A stretch of DNA of 64,000 bases from Acidimicrobiia bacterium (GTDB taxonomy: Bacteria > Actinomycetota > Acidimicrobiia > Spongiisociales > ZC4RG35), in NCBI GenBank assembly GCA_040902845.1, contig JBBDWM010000042.1:73825-137824 (forward strand), given 5' to 3'. Under the pieces are notes generated by a model. The model worked only from the letters and a program-made list of their open reading frames with translations, made no database searches and was not told the origin of the DNA. Made by a program: the position numbers and the translations under genes. This document shows positions 19,250 through 28,680 of the stretch, one piece after another. Position 1 is the first letter of the stretch. Every line of letters begins with the position of its first letter.

Positions 19250-19560
19250 CCCCCAGTTAGCGGTCCACTCGTTATGGGAGTGGTTCGGGGGTTTGGGGGT
19301 CCAGCTGGCAGCGTACTCGGCGGGGGTGAGCCCACCGAGGCTGCTGTGGGGACGCCAGGTGCGATGTTCAACAGTTCGTCTCGGGCGCGGCCGTTGAACG
19401 ATTCGATCCAGGGGTTCTGTTCTTCTCGGTCGTGTCCAAGGCCCCGGTTGCGGTCACCACGAGCGACGTGATGGGTCGACTGCCAGTTGTGAAGCGTCGG
19501 CTTTCGCAGGGTGGAATCGGTTGACCAGCCTTGCGAATGGATGTCCACTTTGGTGGTTGG
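19250..19560 (-). mobile_element. IS3-family transposase (OrfB) C-terminal remnant, frameshifted
   Basis: Reverse-strand translations give NPWIESFNGRARDELLN and, in another frame, EHRTWRPHSSLGGLTPAEYAA. These are hallmark IS3 integrase-core C-terminal motifs. No intact ORF and no N-terminal part. Confidence 0.6.
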
Positions 19561-19728
19561 GATGCCGATAGGTGCCTGGTGGTAGCCGAACCTGACTCTT
19601 CTCCCCTGTTGGTGGTGGTCCGAAGCTGGCTCAGCCACATCTGCGCGACTGGCCACTCGGTTGGCTCGTCGACGCCGGTTCGCCGTGGCGGTGTCCGACC
19701 TTTGCTTGATGTGTTACTGCTCGGGTCC

Positions 19729-20784
19729 ATGATCGGTCTGGCGGTGACGGACCAGACGGTGGTGTTCTTTCATCTTGCGTTCCTTGGGGTGCTGGTAGGC
19801 GCCATGTGCCTCCCGCTCAAGGCGTTCGTGCTTCGAGCTGTGGTCGTTGGGTCGGTTGCGTCGTTGGAGCTGGTCAGGGCGGTCGATGACGGCAGGGCGG
19901 TTGTCGACGAGCTGTGGGAGATCCCGCTGATGGGGCTGCTGTTGGTGCTCGCATACGGGCTCAAATCGCAGCAGGAGCAGGCGCAACGGCGGTTGGATAA
20001 GACGCGGTTTCGAGTGATCGCCGGCGTGGTACACGACATCCGCAATCCACTGACTTCCGCGTTGGGCTTTTCCCAATTGATGGCCCAAGGGGTCCATGCC
20101 ACTCAGCCGGAGGAGATGGTGGCGATGGCCGGGTTGATCGCCGACGCCACGTCCGAGGCCAATGAGATCATCGACGATCTACTCGCGGCGTCCCGTCTCG
20201 AGGCAGGGGAACTCACGGTGGCGTCGGTGCCGGTCGATGTGTTGAGGATAGCCGACTCGTTGGTAAGTCATTACCAGCAGGAGGGCGATGAGATTCCGGT
20301 GCGTCGTCTGGTCGAGGTCGGCGAAATCGTTGGCCTCGGCGATGAGCTTCGTATTCAACAGATCCTCCGAAACCTGCTGACCAATGCCTGGCGGTACGGC
20401 GGTCCACACGTCGAGGTTCGGGTCGGACGGGACGAGTCGGCGGTGCTGGTGCAAGTGGTCGACGACGGTGCAGGAGTCCCCGACCATGACCGGGACCGAG
20501 TGTTCGAGCCTTTCACTCAGAGCAGCAGAGCCGACCAGTCTGTCCTCGAGTCGGTGGGAGTGGGCCTGTACACCTCACGTCGGCTGGCCCAAATGATGGG
20601 CGGCAACCTCACCTACCGGTATGGAGGTGAAGAGTGCGTTTTCGAGCTGCGACTTCCGGTCGTCGAGCAGAGAACCCCGGCGGCGGCCGCTGACCGGCTC
20701 ACCCCGACTGGCGGCCCCTCCATCTCAGCCTCCGAACGGCTTGCGGGATCGCAGCCGGACGCTAACGGCTCAGCATCGTTGTAA
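19729..20784 (+). CDS. membrane sensor histidine kinase (HisKA + HATPase_c)
   Basis: TM helices, H-box VVHDIRNPLTSALGF, and N/G1/G2 boxes. Start placed at the internal ATG 19729. The 19531 extension overlaps the IS remnant. Confidence 0.7.
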   Translation: MIGLAVTDQTVVFFHLAFLGVLVGAMCLPLKAFVLRAVVVGSVASLELVRAVDDGRAVVDELWEIPLMGLLLVLAYGLKSQQEQAQRRLDKTRFRVIAGVVHDIRNPLTSALGFSQLMAQGVHATQPEEMVAMAGLIADATSEANEIIDDLLAASRLEAGELTVASVPVDVLRIADSLVSHYQQEGDEIPVRRLVEVGEIVGLGDELRIQQILRNLLTNAWRYGGPHVEVRVGRDESAVLVQVVDDGAGVPDHDRDRVFEPFTQSSRADQSVLESVGVGLYTSRRLAQMMGGNLTYRYGGEECVFELRLPVVEQRTPAAAADRLTPTGGPSISASERLAGSQPDANGSASL

Positions 20785-20991
20785 AAGCTGGAGCCGGTTC
20801 GGTCGCAGCGCATGCGAGACCAGCAAACGTGTTCAACCAGCTCGTCGGCCACTAACAACACCTCCTGGGCCACCTCACGCCGCGAGGGTCGAGGTGGTGC
20901 TGACTGCGGCGGAAAGGGTGAATCGATAGACTGCGGGGAGCGGTGGACAATTGTGGCGTGCACCTTATGTCGTGTCTGGAGGTGCGACGGT

Positions 20992-22500
20992 TTGAGTCCC
21001 GTGGGCCAACGTAGGAACGTTTCGACCAGCGAGCGTTGGGACTCCGGATTCCCGGCGGAGCATCGGGCCCTCTTTGACGCGGTTGGCGACGCTTTGGTTG
21101 TTGTGGATGCAGAACAGCGAATCGTGGTGTTCAACGAGGCGGCACAGCGTGTCTTCGGCTACCAACGCGAGGAGGCGTTGGGTGAGCCGCTCGGCGTGCT
21201 TCTTCCCGACCGGCTCCGGGGCAGCCATAACGGGCAGGTCAAAGCGTTCCCGTCACACGGCGTGGGTCACCAAGTCCCGGCGTCGGGACGTTCGAGGGTG
21301 ATGGGCCGCCGTAGGGATGGCACCGACTTCCCTGCGGAGGTGACACTGTCTGTCCTGGAGGTGAGCGGTGAGGTGATGTCGGCTGCGGTAGTTCGGGATG
21401 TGTCTGCTCGGGTGGCAACAGAGCGAGCTCTGGCGGAGAGCGAGGAGCGGTTCCGGGTGGCTTTCGAGCATTCGCCGGTGGGGATGGCGCTGGTGAGTCT
21501 CGAGGGCAAGTGTATCCGGGCCAATCAAGCGCTGGCCAAGCTGACCGGCTATCCAGATTCAGCATTGGAGGGCATGCTGATGGTGGATCTCATCGATTCG
21601 GATGATCTGCCGGTTGTGGTGGACAGCCTGAACCGAATCCTCTCTGGCGACAGCTCCACAGCCCGCATGGAGGTACACCAGCATTGCGCTGACGGAACAG
21701 CGATGATGATCGACTTGAACCTGGCGATGATGGTGAACGAGGACGGAGAGCCTCAGTACATGATCGGCCAGTCGCTGGATATCACTGAACGGGTGCAGTC
21801 ACAGACCCGCCTCGAGGAACTGCTGCATTTCAAGGATGAGCTGATCGCTTCCGTCTCTCACGAGCTCCGTACTCCCTTGACGGCCCTGGTTGGTTTCGCT
21901 CAACTTCTCCACGACGACGCTTCCACTCTGTCACCCGAGCTGCGTTCCGAGATGATCGATTCGATCATCACCGAGTCAGTCGACTTGACCAACATCGTCG
22001 AGGACCTTCTCGTCGCGGCGAAAGCGGAGACCGGCACTCTTGCCGTTGTCCATGTCCCCGTCAATCTACGTGCTCAGACCTCTCAAGTACTGGAAGCTTG
22101 GAGCCGGTCAGAGGTGAATCACGTCGAGATCTTCGGAGCGCCTGTCAGCGGACTGGGGGATCCGGCCCGGGTGCGCCAGATTCTGCGCAACCTGGTCTCC
22201 AACGCCATCCGCTACGGCGGAGTGCGAGTTTCAATCCGGGTAAGCGCCGATAAGACTACCGCCCGCGTGGGGGTCGGCGACAACGGTTCTCCAATCTCCC
22301 CGGCGGATCAGGACCGGATCTTCCAGCCTTACCAGCGAGCCCACCAATCCGTCGGGGTCACCCCCTCGTTAGGTCTCGGTCTGGCCGTCTCCCGCCAGTT
22401 GGCCAAGCTCATGGACGGCGACCTCACCTACCAGCGCGAAGGCGACGAGAATGTCTTCGAACTCACACTCCCGAGAGCAAGGCGGGCTCAAACCGGCTGA
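20992..22500 (+). CDS. cytoplasmic sensor histidine kinase with two PAS domains
   Basis: Two PAS-like segments, H-box SHELRTPLTAL, HATPase_c. Start proposed at TTG 20992 with GGAGGTG SD. The 20812 extension is not protein-like. Confidence 0.75.
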   Translation: MSPVGQRRNVSTSERWDSGFPAEHRALFDAVGDALVVVDAEQRIVVFNEAAQRVFGYQREEALGEPLGVLLPDRLRGSHNGQVKAFPSHGVGHQVPASGRSRVMGRRRDGTDFPAEVTLSVLEVSGEVMSAAVVRDVSARVATERALAESEERFRVAFEHSPVGMALVSLEGKCIRANQALAKLTGYPDSALEGMLMVDLIDSDDLPVVVDSLNRILSGDSSTARMEVHQHCADGTAMMIDLNLAMMVNEDGEPQYMIGQSLDITERVQSQTRLEELLHFKDELIASVSHELRTPLTALVGFAQLLHDDASTLSPELRSEMIDSIITESVDLTNIVEDLLVAAKAETGTLAVVHVPVNLRAQTSQVLEAWSRSEVNHVEIFGAPVSGLGDPARVRQILRNLVSNAIRYGGVRVSIRVSADKTTARVGVGDNGSPISPADQDRIFQPYQRAHQSVGVTPSLGLGLAVSRQLAKLMDGDLTYQREGDENVFELTLPRARRAQTG

Positions 22501-22655
22501 CAAGGTCGATTGACCCGCCGAGCCTTGAGTGCCGAGACGTCTTCTCCCTCCTACGAGCGCGGCAAGACACCCGAGTGTGCAGGTCACGGGACGTGCGATG
22601 GATTCAAGGAGCGGCACTGTCCAGTCGATCTACTTGGTCTGTCGGCGAGGCGGCG

Positions 22656-22811
22656 ATGGAACAGACACTTGCGAGACTGGAACTTCATCACGGTCCAGGG
22701 TTTGGTGACCATCGATCGCGTGTCTCGGTGCTCTCGCTTGCCACGGCCAGATGTCTCGGCCTCAAGAACCGCGAGATCGACCGGCTTCGCTTCGCCGTGA
22801 CGGGGCGCTAG
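22656..22811 (+). pseudogene. truncated HD / HD-GYP domain N-terminal fragment
   Basis: MEQTLARLELHHGPGFGDHRSRVSVLSLATARCLGLKNREIDRLRFAV matches the start of an HD domain. It stops before the expected LHDIGK where the convergent nfo gene ends. Confidence 0.4.
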
Positions 22812-23590
22812 CCAGATGTCAGTCTGGCTCTGACCCATTCGATGTCGACACCCTGTTCGAAGGCGCCTCCAGGGGTCTCCACCACGACGGGGGCATCAGC
22901 CTCAACGATGGCGCGGGCCAGTTGATCGATCGGGATCGTCCCCTGCCCCAGGTTCTCGTGCCGGTCCCGCCTCGAGTCGAAGGGGTCCTTCGAGTCGTTG
23001 GCGTGGACCAGATCGATCCGCCCCGTCGCCTCCACCACCCTCGGCACCAGCTCGTCGAACGGCTCGCCGCCCGCCCAGACATGACAGGTGTCGAGCACGA
23101 AGCCGACACCGAACTCACCGACCTCGTCGAAGAGCCTGGCGATCCATTCGACACGCCGGGCAAGCGCCTTGTCCCCGCCGGCGGTGTTCTCGATGAGCAC
23201 CGGGATTTGGGTGTCCAACGGCTCCAGCGCTTTGCGCCAGCGCAGGATCCCCTCCTCTTGGGGCCCGTTCCCGGTGACATGACCGCCGTGGACCACCACC
23301 GCGGTGGCTCCGATCTCGGATGCGGCGTCACATGTCTCCTGAAGGATGCGCCGGGAAGGCACCCGGATCTTGTTGTTGTCGGCGCAGACATTGATCAGAT
23401 AGGGGGAGTGGACATAGATCGGGATCGAGGAGGCCCGCAATTCGGCGGTGTCCGGTCTGGGGAGCGGCTTCTTCCACCCCTGTGGGTCAGAGAGGAAGAT
23501 CTGCACCAGGTCTGCCCCGCGCTCTCGTGCCTCCTCGATCGGCCTTTCGGACGGCACGTGGGCGCCCACCGCCCTCAAGAGGAGTCCCAC
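22808..23590 (-). CDS. nfo: deoxyribonuclease IV (endonuclease IV, AP endonuclease family 2)
   Basis: TIM-barrel xylose-isomerase-like motifs (VHSPYLINV, VLIENTAGG, HANDSK). Confidence 0.85.
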   Translation of the reverse strand: MGLLLRAVGAHVPSERPIEEARERGADLVQIFLSDPQGWKKPLPRPDTAELRASSIPIYVHSPYLINVCADNNKIRVPSRRILQETCDAASEIGATAVVVHGGHVTGNGPQEEGILRWRKALEPLDTQIPVLIENTAGGDKALARRVEWIARLFDEVGEFGVGFVLDTCHVWAGGEPFDELVPRVVEATGRIDLVHANDSKDPFDSRRDRHENLGQGTIPIDQLARAIVEADAPVVVETPGGAFEQGVDIEWVRARLTSG

Positions 23591-24162
23591 ACCCGCGCCA
23601 CTTTGGCTCGTTCGGCCCGCCGGGTTGCATCCACTGCGTAGTCACCGATCAGTTTGGCGGCCTCCTTGGGGGTGACCGCCCAGTCCTGAGCGAGGACACC
23701 CAGCCAGCGGGTCTCCAGCCAGCGGGCCCCCCAGGGGTGAGGGGGAAGGGTCCCACGATCCAGGACCCTTACGCGGAGCAGGGGCAGGACCTCTCTCTCG
23801 TCCTCGATCTCACCAGCGTCGACGTCCACGACTTTGGCCCAAGGGATGACATCGTGACGACGGAATGGCCCGCGCAACTTCAGGGCGAGGCCTTCATCGC
23901 GGCATTCGATCACCCGGGTGGGCACGAACAGCTCCTTGAGCCCCCAGATCACGAGGAAAGCCGCGAACAACAGGATGGCCCAGGCATAGATGATGTCGCG
24001 TGGCTCATAGATTTGGGTGTCGGCAGGAGTGAAGAGCATCTCTCGAAGCCAATTGGTGATCCGCCGATTGGTGAGGACATCCACCGCGATGATGAGCAGC
24101 GGGATGGCCCCGATCGCCATCAGCCACATCCGAATCGCCGATCTCTGGACCACGACCTTCAT
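23575..24162 (-). CDS. membrane protein (hypothetical)
   Basis: Two N-terminal TM helices followed by a soluble domain. No recognisable family. Confidence 0.45.
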   Translation of the reverse strand: MKVVVQRSAIRMWLMAIGAIPLLIIAVDVLTNRRITNWLREMLFTPADTQIYEPRDIIYAWAILLFAAFLVIWGLKELFVPTRVIECRDEGLALKLRGPFRRHDVIPWAKVVDVDAGEIEDEREVLPLLRVRVLDRGTLPPHPWGARWLETRWLGVLAQDWAVTPKEAAKLIGDYAVDATRRAERAKVARVWDSS

Positions 24163-24704
24163 TCCCCTACCCCGAGGTCAGAGGGCATGACCAGGGCCAG
24201 GTAAGGGATACCTCTGCCGGCAAAGGCGTCCCGGGCCTGATCACCAGACCGGTCGACGAGGGCAACCGCCTGAATCACGTGCAAACCCTCGGCGGTCGCG
24301 GCGTCGGCGGCCTCGATGGCTGCACTCCCGGTCGTGGTGGTGTCCTCGAGGATCACCACCCGTGCTCCGGGCTGCACCGGGCCCACCACCCGGCCTCCCG
24401 TGCCGTGATCTTTGACCGCCTTCCTGATCGAGAAGGCACTCAGGTCCCGTCCTTCCCGGGCAGCGACCATCGCGGTTGCCACCGCGATCGGGTCGGCCCC
24501 CATGGTCATCCCACCGATGGCCTGGGCAGCCGGGTCGATCACCTCGAGCACGGCGGCCCCAACCAGCCAGGCCCCGTCGCCACTGAAGGTGGTCTGCCGG
24601 GCGTCCAGGTACCACGAGGTGACGGCGCCGGATCGAAGGGTGAATGGGCCGTCGGTTCGAATGGCGTGGGTGCGCAGATGCTCTATCAGGGAATCGCGAG
24701 GCAC
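24159..24704 (-). CDS. pyrE: orotate phosphoribosyltransferase
   Basis: PRPP-binding motif VVILEDTTTTGSA. Confidence 0.9.
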   Translation of the reverse strand: MPRDSLIEHLRTHAIRTDGPFTLRSGAVTSWYLDARQTTFSGDGAWLVGAAVLEVIDPAAQAIGGMTMGADPIAVATAMVAAREGRDLSAFSIRKAVKDHGTGGRVVGPVQPGARVVILEDTTTTGSAAIEAADAATAEGLHVIQAVALVDRSGDQARDAFAGRGIPYLALVMPSDLGVGE

Positions 24705-24776
24705 TCACACATGGTATTGGGCCGGGATCGGTACCCGTTGCCGCTGGAGCATCGCGTGTGGTCTAGGTTTGCGGTC

Positions 24777-25463
24777 ATGGATCTCTTCCTCGTTCGTCAT
24801 GGGCAGCCGGACTGGGCCCCGGATCGCCTCGCGCGCAACGACCCCGACCTGACCGAGCTGGGTCACGAGCAGGCGAGACGGGTGGCTCATCGTCTCGCCA
24901 GCCTCGACCGATTCGACGAGCTATGGGTCTCTTCGATGAACCGGGCGGTGCAAACCTCCAACCCGATCTCAGCCGACCTTGGGACCAAGCCCGAGGTTTA
25001 CGATTGGCTTCAGGAGATCAACAACCCACCTGAGTGGGACGGGTCCCCGGTCGACGAGATCGAAAAGGCCCTCAGGGACTCGAACTTCCGCTCGATACAG
25101 GAGATGTGGGACGGGCTTCCGGGGGGCGAGACGTTCCGGGCATTTCACCAACGTGTGGTGTCCGGTCTCCAGGAGACGCTCGACACCCACGGGATCCATC
25201 CCCTCCAGGAGGAGCACCGGCATCTATGGGCGGTCGACGATCCCGACCGCCGGGTCATCATCGTGGCCCACGCCGGCACCAACGCGGTAGTCCTCGGTCA
25301 TCTGTTGGGTCTTGAGCCAGTGCCCTGGGAATGGGAGCGTTTTCGCCAGCCCCACACCGGAGTTTCCCGGCTCACGATGACCAGAATCAGCACCGGTTGG
25401 GCATTCTCACTTCGCCAACTCGGTGACGTCACCCATCTCCACCCAGGGATGGTCACCGCTTGA
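24777..25463 (+). CDS. histidine phosphatase family protein (phosphoglycerate mutase-like)
   Basis: N-terminal LVRHGQ catalytic His motif and a C-terminal AHAG motif. Start set at the ATG preceding MDLFLVRHGQ. Confidence 0.75.
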   Translation: MDLFLVRHGQPDWAPDRLARNDPDLTELGHEQARRVAHRLASLDRFDELWVSSMNRAVQTSNPISADLGTKPEVYDWLQEINNPPEWDGSPVDEIEKALRDSNFRSIQEMWDGLPGGETFRAFHQRVVSGLQETLDTHGIHPLQEEHRHLWAVDDPDRRVIIVAHAGTNAVVLGHLLGLEPVPWEWERFRQPHTGVSRLTMTRISTGWAFSLRQLGDVTHLHPGMVTA

Positions 25464-25579
25464 AGCGGGTCGACTTCGCCCCTCAGTCAGGGTGAGTTGA
25501 TCAGCAAAAACTCGGTTGGAAACCTTGACGCCTCGGGCGAATGGACGCCCATCGGTCGGATCCCTGTTTGAGCTGGTGG

Positions 25580-26347
25580 CTACTTCCCGAAACGGCGGTC
25601 GCGACTAGTGAAGTCACGCAGGGCCCGGAGGAAGTCGACACGGCGGAAGGCGGGCCAGTTGACATCGACGAAGATGAACTCGGCGTAGGCCGACTGCCAG
25701 AGAAGAAAACCGGAGAGACGGGACTCACCGGAGGTTCGGATCAGGAGGTCGGGATCGGGGATGTCGGCGGAGTACATATGGGAAGCCAGAGCGTCGGCGT
25801 CGATGTAGGAGGCCACCTCCTCAGGGGGCACGCCATCGGAGAGCAGGGTGGAGACCAGGTCCTTGGCAGCGTCCACGATCTCCTGGCGACCGCCATATCC
25901 CATGGCGACGTTGAGACGCCGGGACCCCCTCGGATGCGCCTCCTCTGCGCTCTTGGCGGCCGACACCAGCTGATCGGGGAGTAGGTCGAGGCTTCCAATG
26001 AACTTGATCGCCATGTCGTACTTCTCGCACAGTGCCGGGAGACGCTCGAACAGTTCGATGAGGACCTGGAAATAGGGCTCCAACTCATCCTCCGGCCGGC
26101 TCAGGTTCTCCTTGGAGAGGACCCAGGCGGTGACCGCCGGGATCTCCAGTTCGTGAGCCCAGCCCAGAAACTCCTCGAAACGACGCATCCCGACCCGGTA
26201 AGAGTCGGTGTAGGAGGGAAGTCTCTCCTCCCGTGCGTGACGACGATGACCGTCGAGGACGATGCCGATATGACGGGGCAGACGGTCCTTATCAAGGCCG
26301 TTGAGCAGATTTCGCTCGTAGATGCGGTAGAGAAGACCGAGAGCCAT
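25580..26347 (-). CDS. uppS: isoprenyl transferase (cis-prenyltransferase, UppS family)
   Basis: HIGIVLDGHRR and RTSGESRLSGFLLWQ motifs. Confidence 0.85.
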   Translation of the reverse strand: MALGLLYRIYERNLLNGLDKDRLPRHIGIVLDGHRRHAREERLPSYTDSYRVGMRRFEEFLGWAHELEIPAVTAWVLSKENLSRPEDELEPYFQVLIELFERLPALCEKYDMAIKFIGSLDLLPDQLVSAAKSAEEAHPRGSRRLNVAMGYGGRQEIVDAAKDLVSTLLSDGVPPEEVASYIDADALASHMYSADIPDPDLLIRTSGESRLSGFLLWQSAYAEFIFVDVNWPAFRRVDFLRALRDFTSRDRRFGK

Positions 26348-26451
26348 GGCGAATCCTCAGATGCTACAGGCGGCGGTCGCTCTCACCAGCCCGGCTTTTG
26401 AGTCCGACACCGGCTTACCACTTACCGGTGAGGCGAAATAACCTGTCACTC

Positions 26452-27114
26452 ATGGAAAGGCTCACCTTGGGGCGGATGCAGAACCCGATTCGGGGGTTCC
26501 TCCACGGAACCGCGGCGATGGCCGCCATCGTCGGGCTTTTCGTCCTTCTCGGTCGGGCCTGGGGCAACCTGGCGGCTGCCATCGGGTCGCTGGTGTTCGG
26601 TCTAGCCATGCTCGCCATGTTCACGGTCTCTTCGCTCTATCACTCGATCCCCTGGAGTAGCGAGTGGAAGACCCGTCTCCAAAGGGTCGACCATTCGATG
26701 ATCTTCCTCCTGGTGGCCGGGACTTTCACCCCGATCGCCATCGCCACAGTCGACGGGGCCGTCTTGGTCCTGGCACTCACTCTGGTATGGGCGGCTGCCC
26801 TGACCGGGATTCTGCTCAAGGTGTTTCTCCCCAATGTGAAGACGTCGCTTTCGGTCACCCTGCAATTGCTGATGGGATGGTCGGCCCTGATCCTGATGCC
26901 GTGGGTGTTCAGCAGGCTTGGGGTAGGAGCGGTGGTGCTGATCGCGCTTGGAGGGCTTTGTTACACGATCGGGGCGGTGATCTTCATGAAGAAGCGCCCG
27001 AAGCTGTTCCCGAAAACCTTCTCCTATCACGAGCTGTTCCACGTCCTCGTGATCGGCGGAACCACATTCCACTTCCTGGCAGTCCTCTGGTACGCCATCC
27101 CGGCCACCGTCTAA
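26452..27114 (+). CDS. hemolysin III family channel protein (PAQR)
   Basis: Seven TM helices with conserved His positions. Start uncertain between 26398 and 26452. Confidence 0.75.
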   Translation: MERLTLGRMQNPIRGFLHGTAAMAAIVGLFVLLGRAWGNLAAAIGSLVFGLAMLAMFTVSSLYHSIPWSSEWKTRLQRVDHSMIFLLVAGTFTPIAIATVDGAVLVLALTLVWAAALTGILLKVFLPNVKTSLSVTLQLLMGWSALILMPWVFSRLGVGAVVLIALGGLCYTIGAVIFMKKRPKLFPKTFSYHELFHVLVIGGTTFHFLAVLWYAIPATV

Positions 27115-28562
27115 CCGACCCGGACCGTCGACTCCTCGGCGCATAGGCCTTCGACTTCTTCCCACCCGGTGGGCACCGCCAAGGTCAGGTTGTCATGTCC
27201 CTGGTCGGTTATGACCACGTCGTCCTCGATCCGGATTCCGATCCCGAGTAAGGCTTCGGGCACCTTGTGGGTGATCTTCTCCGCGGCCTCTCGGGCCTTG
27301 TTCTCCTCGATCATCGCCGCGGTCCGACCCTCAAGGATCCTGCGCTGTGCCCATTCGTCGAGGTCGTACTCGAGGAGGCTGAGCTCGATCTCGACCTTGT
27401 CTGGCGCCACATAAAGCCCCGGCTCCACGGTGAATGCCATCCCCGGCTCCAGTTTGCGCGACACCCCGTCGATGCGATAGGCGCCCGAGTCGTGCACGTC
27501 GAGGCCAAGCCAATGACCGGTTCCGTGGAAATAGAACTGGTTGTAGTGATGCATCGCCAGGCTGTCGTCCAGGGATTTCGGGAGAAGGCCGAGCTCGACC
27601 ATCCCCTCGGTGAGGATTCGGGTGGCGGCGTCGTGAATCGCGCGCATGCTCGATCCCGGGGTCGACATCTCCAGACCGGTTCGTTGGGCCGCGAGCACCA
27701 CCTCATAAACGGCCCGTTGTGGCCCGGTGAACCTGCCGTTGGCGGGAAAGGTGCGGGTGATATCCGATGAGTAACCGTCGAATTCGGCGGCGGCGTCGAT
27801 GAGAATCAGGTCACCGTCCTCGATTAGCCGGTCGTTCTCGACGTAGTGGAGCACACAGGCATTAGGGCCTGAGGCCACGATCGACGGGTACCCGTTGTGC
27901 CTCGCCCCTGCACCGCGCCAGGAATACTCCATGACGGCCTGCACCTGGTATTCGTAGACACCGGGTCTGGCAAACCGCATCGCCTCCATGTGACCCCATG
28001 CCGAGAGCTCGCAAGCACGACGCAGGCTGGCTACCTCGTCATCGGTCTTGAACAGCCTCATCTCCCCCAGCGTCACCGAGAGGTCCCTCACCTGCGAGGG
28101 CACGGCGCCGCCATATCGAACACGTTGGTTGCGCGCCTTCTGGATGAGGGTGGTGATCCGGGCGTCGTGATGCTCGTTGCCGGTCTCGTACCACAAGACC
28201 TCCCGACCCATCATGAGTCGAGCCAGCACCTCGTCCAGTTCCCCCAACTCGAAAGCGGCATCGGCGCCGAATCGGTCCCTGGCGCCCTCCACCCCGGCCC
28301 GGTAGCCATTCCAGGCTTCCATCTCGGGATCACGGGGTCGGACGAAGAGGGTGTAGTCGCCCTCAGAGTGGCCGGGCGTGATCACCGCCAGCGCCTCGGG
28401 CTCGGGGAAGCCGGTCAGATAGAGAAAGTCGGGGTCCTGGTGGAAGTCGAAGCTGGTGTCGTAGCTGCGGATCACCTCTTTGGAGGCCGGGACCACCGCG
28501 ATTCCGTCGCTCCCGATGAGCTCGGCCAGCCGACTCCGGCGTGCTGCAAAACGATCAGACAT
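27111..28562 (-). CDS. pepP: Xaa-Pro aminopeptidase (M24B)
   Basis: N-terminal creatinase-like domain plus an M24 pita-bread domain (HGTGHWLGLDVHD). Confidence 0.85.
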   Translation of the reverse strand: MSDRFAARRSRLAELIGSDGIAVVPASKEVIRSYDTSFDFHQDPDFLYLTGFPEPEALAVITPGHSEGDYTLFVRPRDPEMEAWNGYRAGVEGARDRFGADAAFELGELDEVLARLMMGREVLWYETGNEHHDARITTLIQKARNQRVRYGGAVPSQVRDLSVTLGEMRLFKTDDEVASLRRACELSAWGHMEAMRFARPGVYEYQVQAVMEYSWRGAGARHNGYPSIVASGPNACVLHYVENDRLIEDGDLILIDAAAEFDGYSSDITRTFPANGRFTGPQRAVYEVVLAAQRTGLEMSTPGSSMRAIHDAATRILTEGMVELGLLPKSLDDSLAMHHYNQFYFHGTGHWLGLDVHDSGAYRIDGVSRKLEPGMAFTVEPGLYVAPDKVEIELSLLEYDLDEWAQRRILEGRTAAMIEENKAREAAEKITHKVPEALLGIGIRIEDDVVITDQGHDNLTLAVPTGWEEVEGLCAEESTVRVG

Positions 28563-28585
28563 GGGTTCAACGGTACTTGAGCCCT

Positions 28586-28638
28586 CCGTAATTGAGACCC
28601 ACAGGGCCGTATATGACCCCTGTAGATCCCAATTTGGG
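28586..28638. repeat. palindromic MITE/REP-like element, copy 1
   Basis: CCGTAATTGAGACC-CACAGGGCCGTATATGACCCCTGTAG-ATCCCAATTTGGG, 24 nt upstream of the pepP start. Confidence 0.8.
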
Positions 28639-28680
28639 AAGGGGTTGCCCCCCGGCCAGGCTCCCAGTAAGAAACCAGGA

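Noticed and set aside
19531-19728. N-terminal extension of the first histidine kinase ORF
   Set aside because: Not protein-like and overlaps the IS3 remnant. The internal ATG at 19729 precedes the TM region.
20812-20991. N-terminal extension of the PAS kinase ORF (Cys/Ser/Thr-rich)
   Set aside because: Not protein-like. A TTG with a good SD at 20992 precedes the first PAS domain.
26348-26451. CACCGG-CTTACC-A-CTTACC-GGTG motif between divergent uppS and the hemolysin-III gene
   Set aside because: Single short occurrence. Could be an operator but there is no supporting context.
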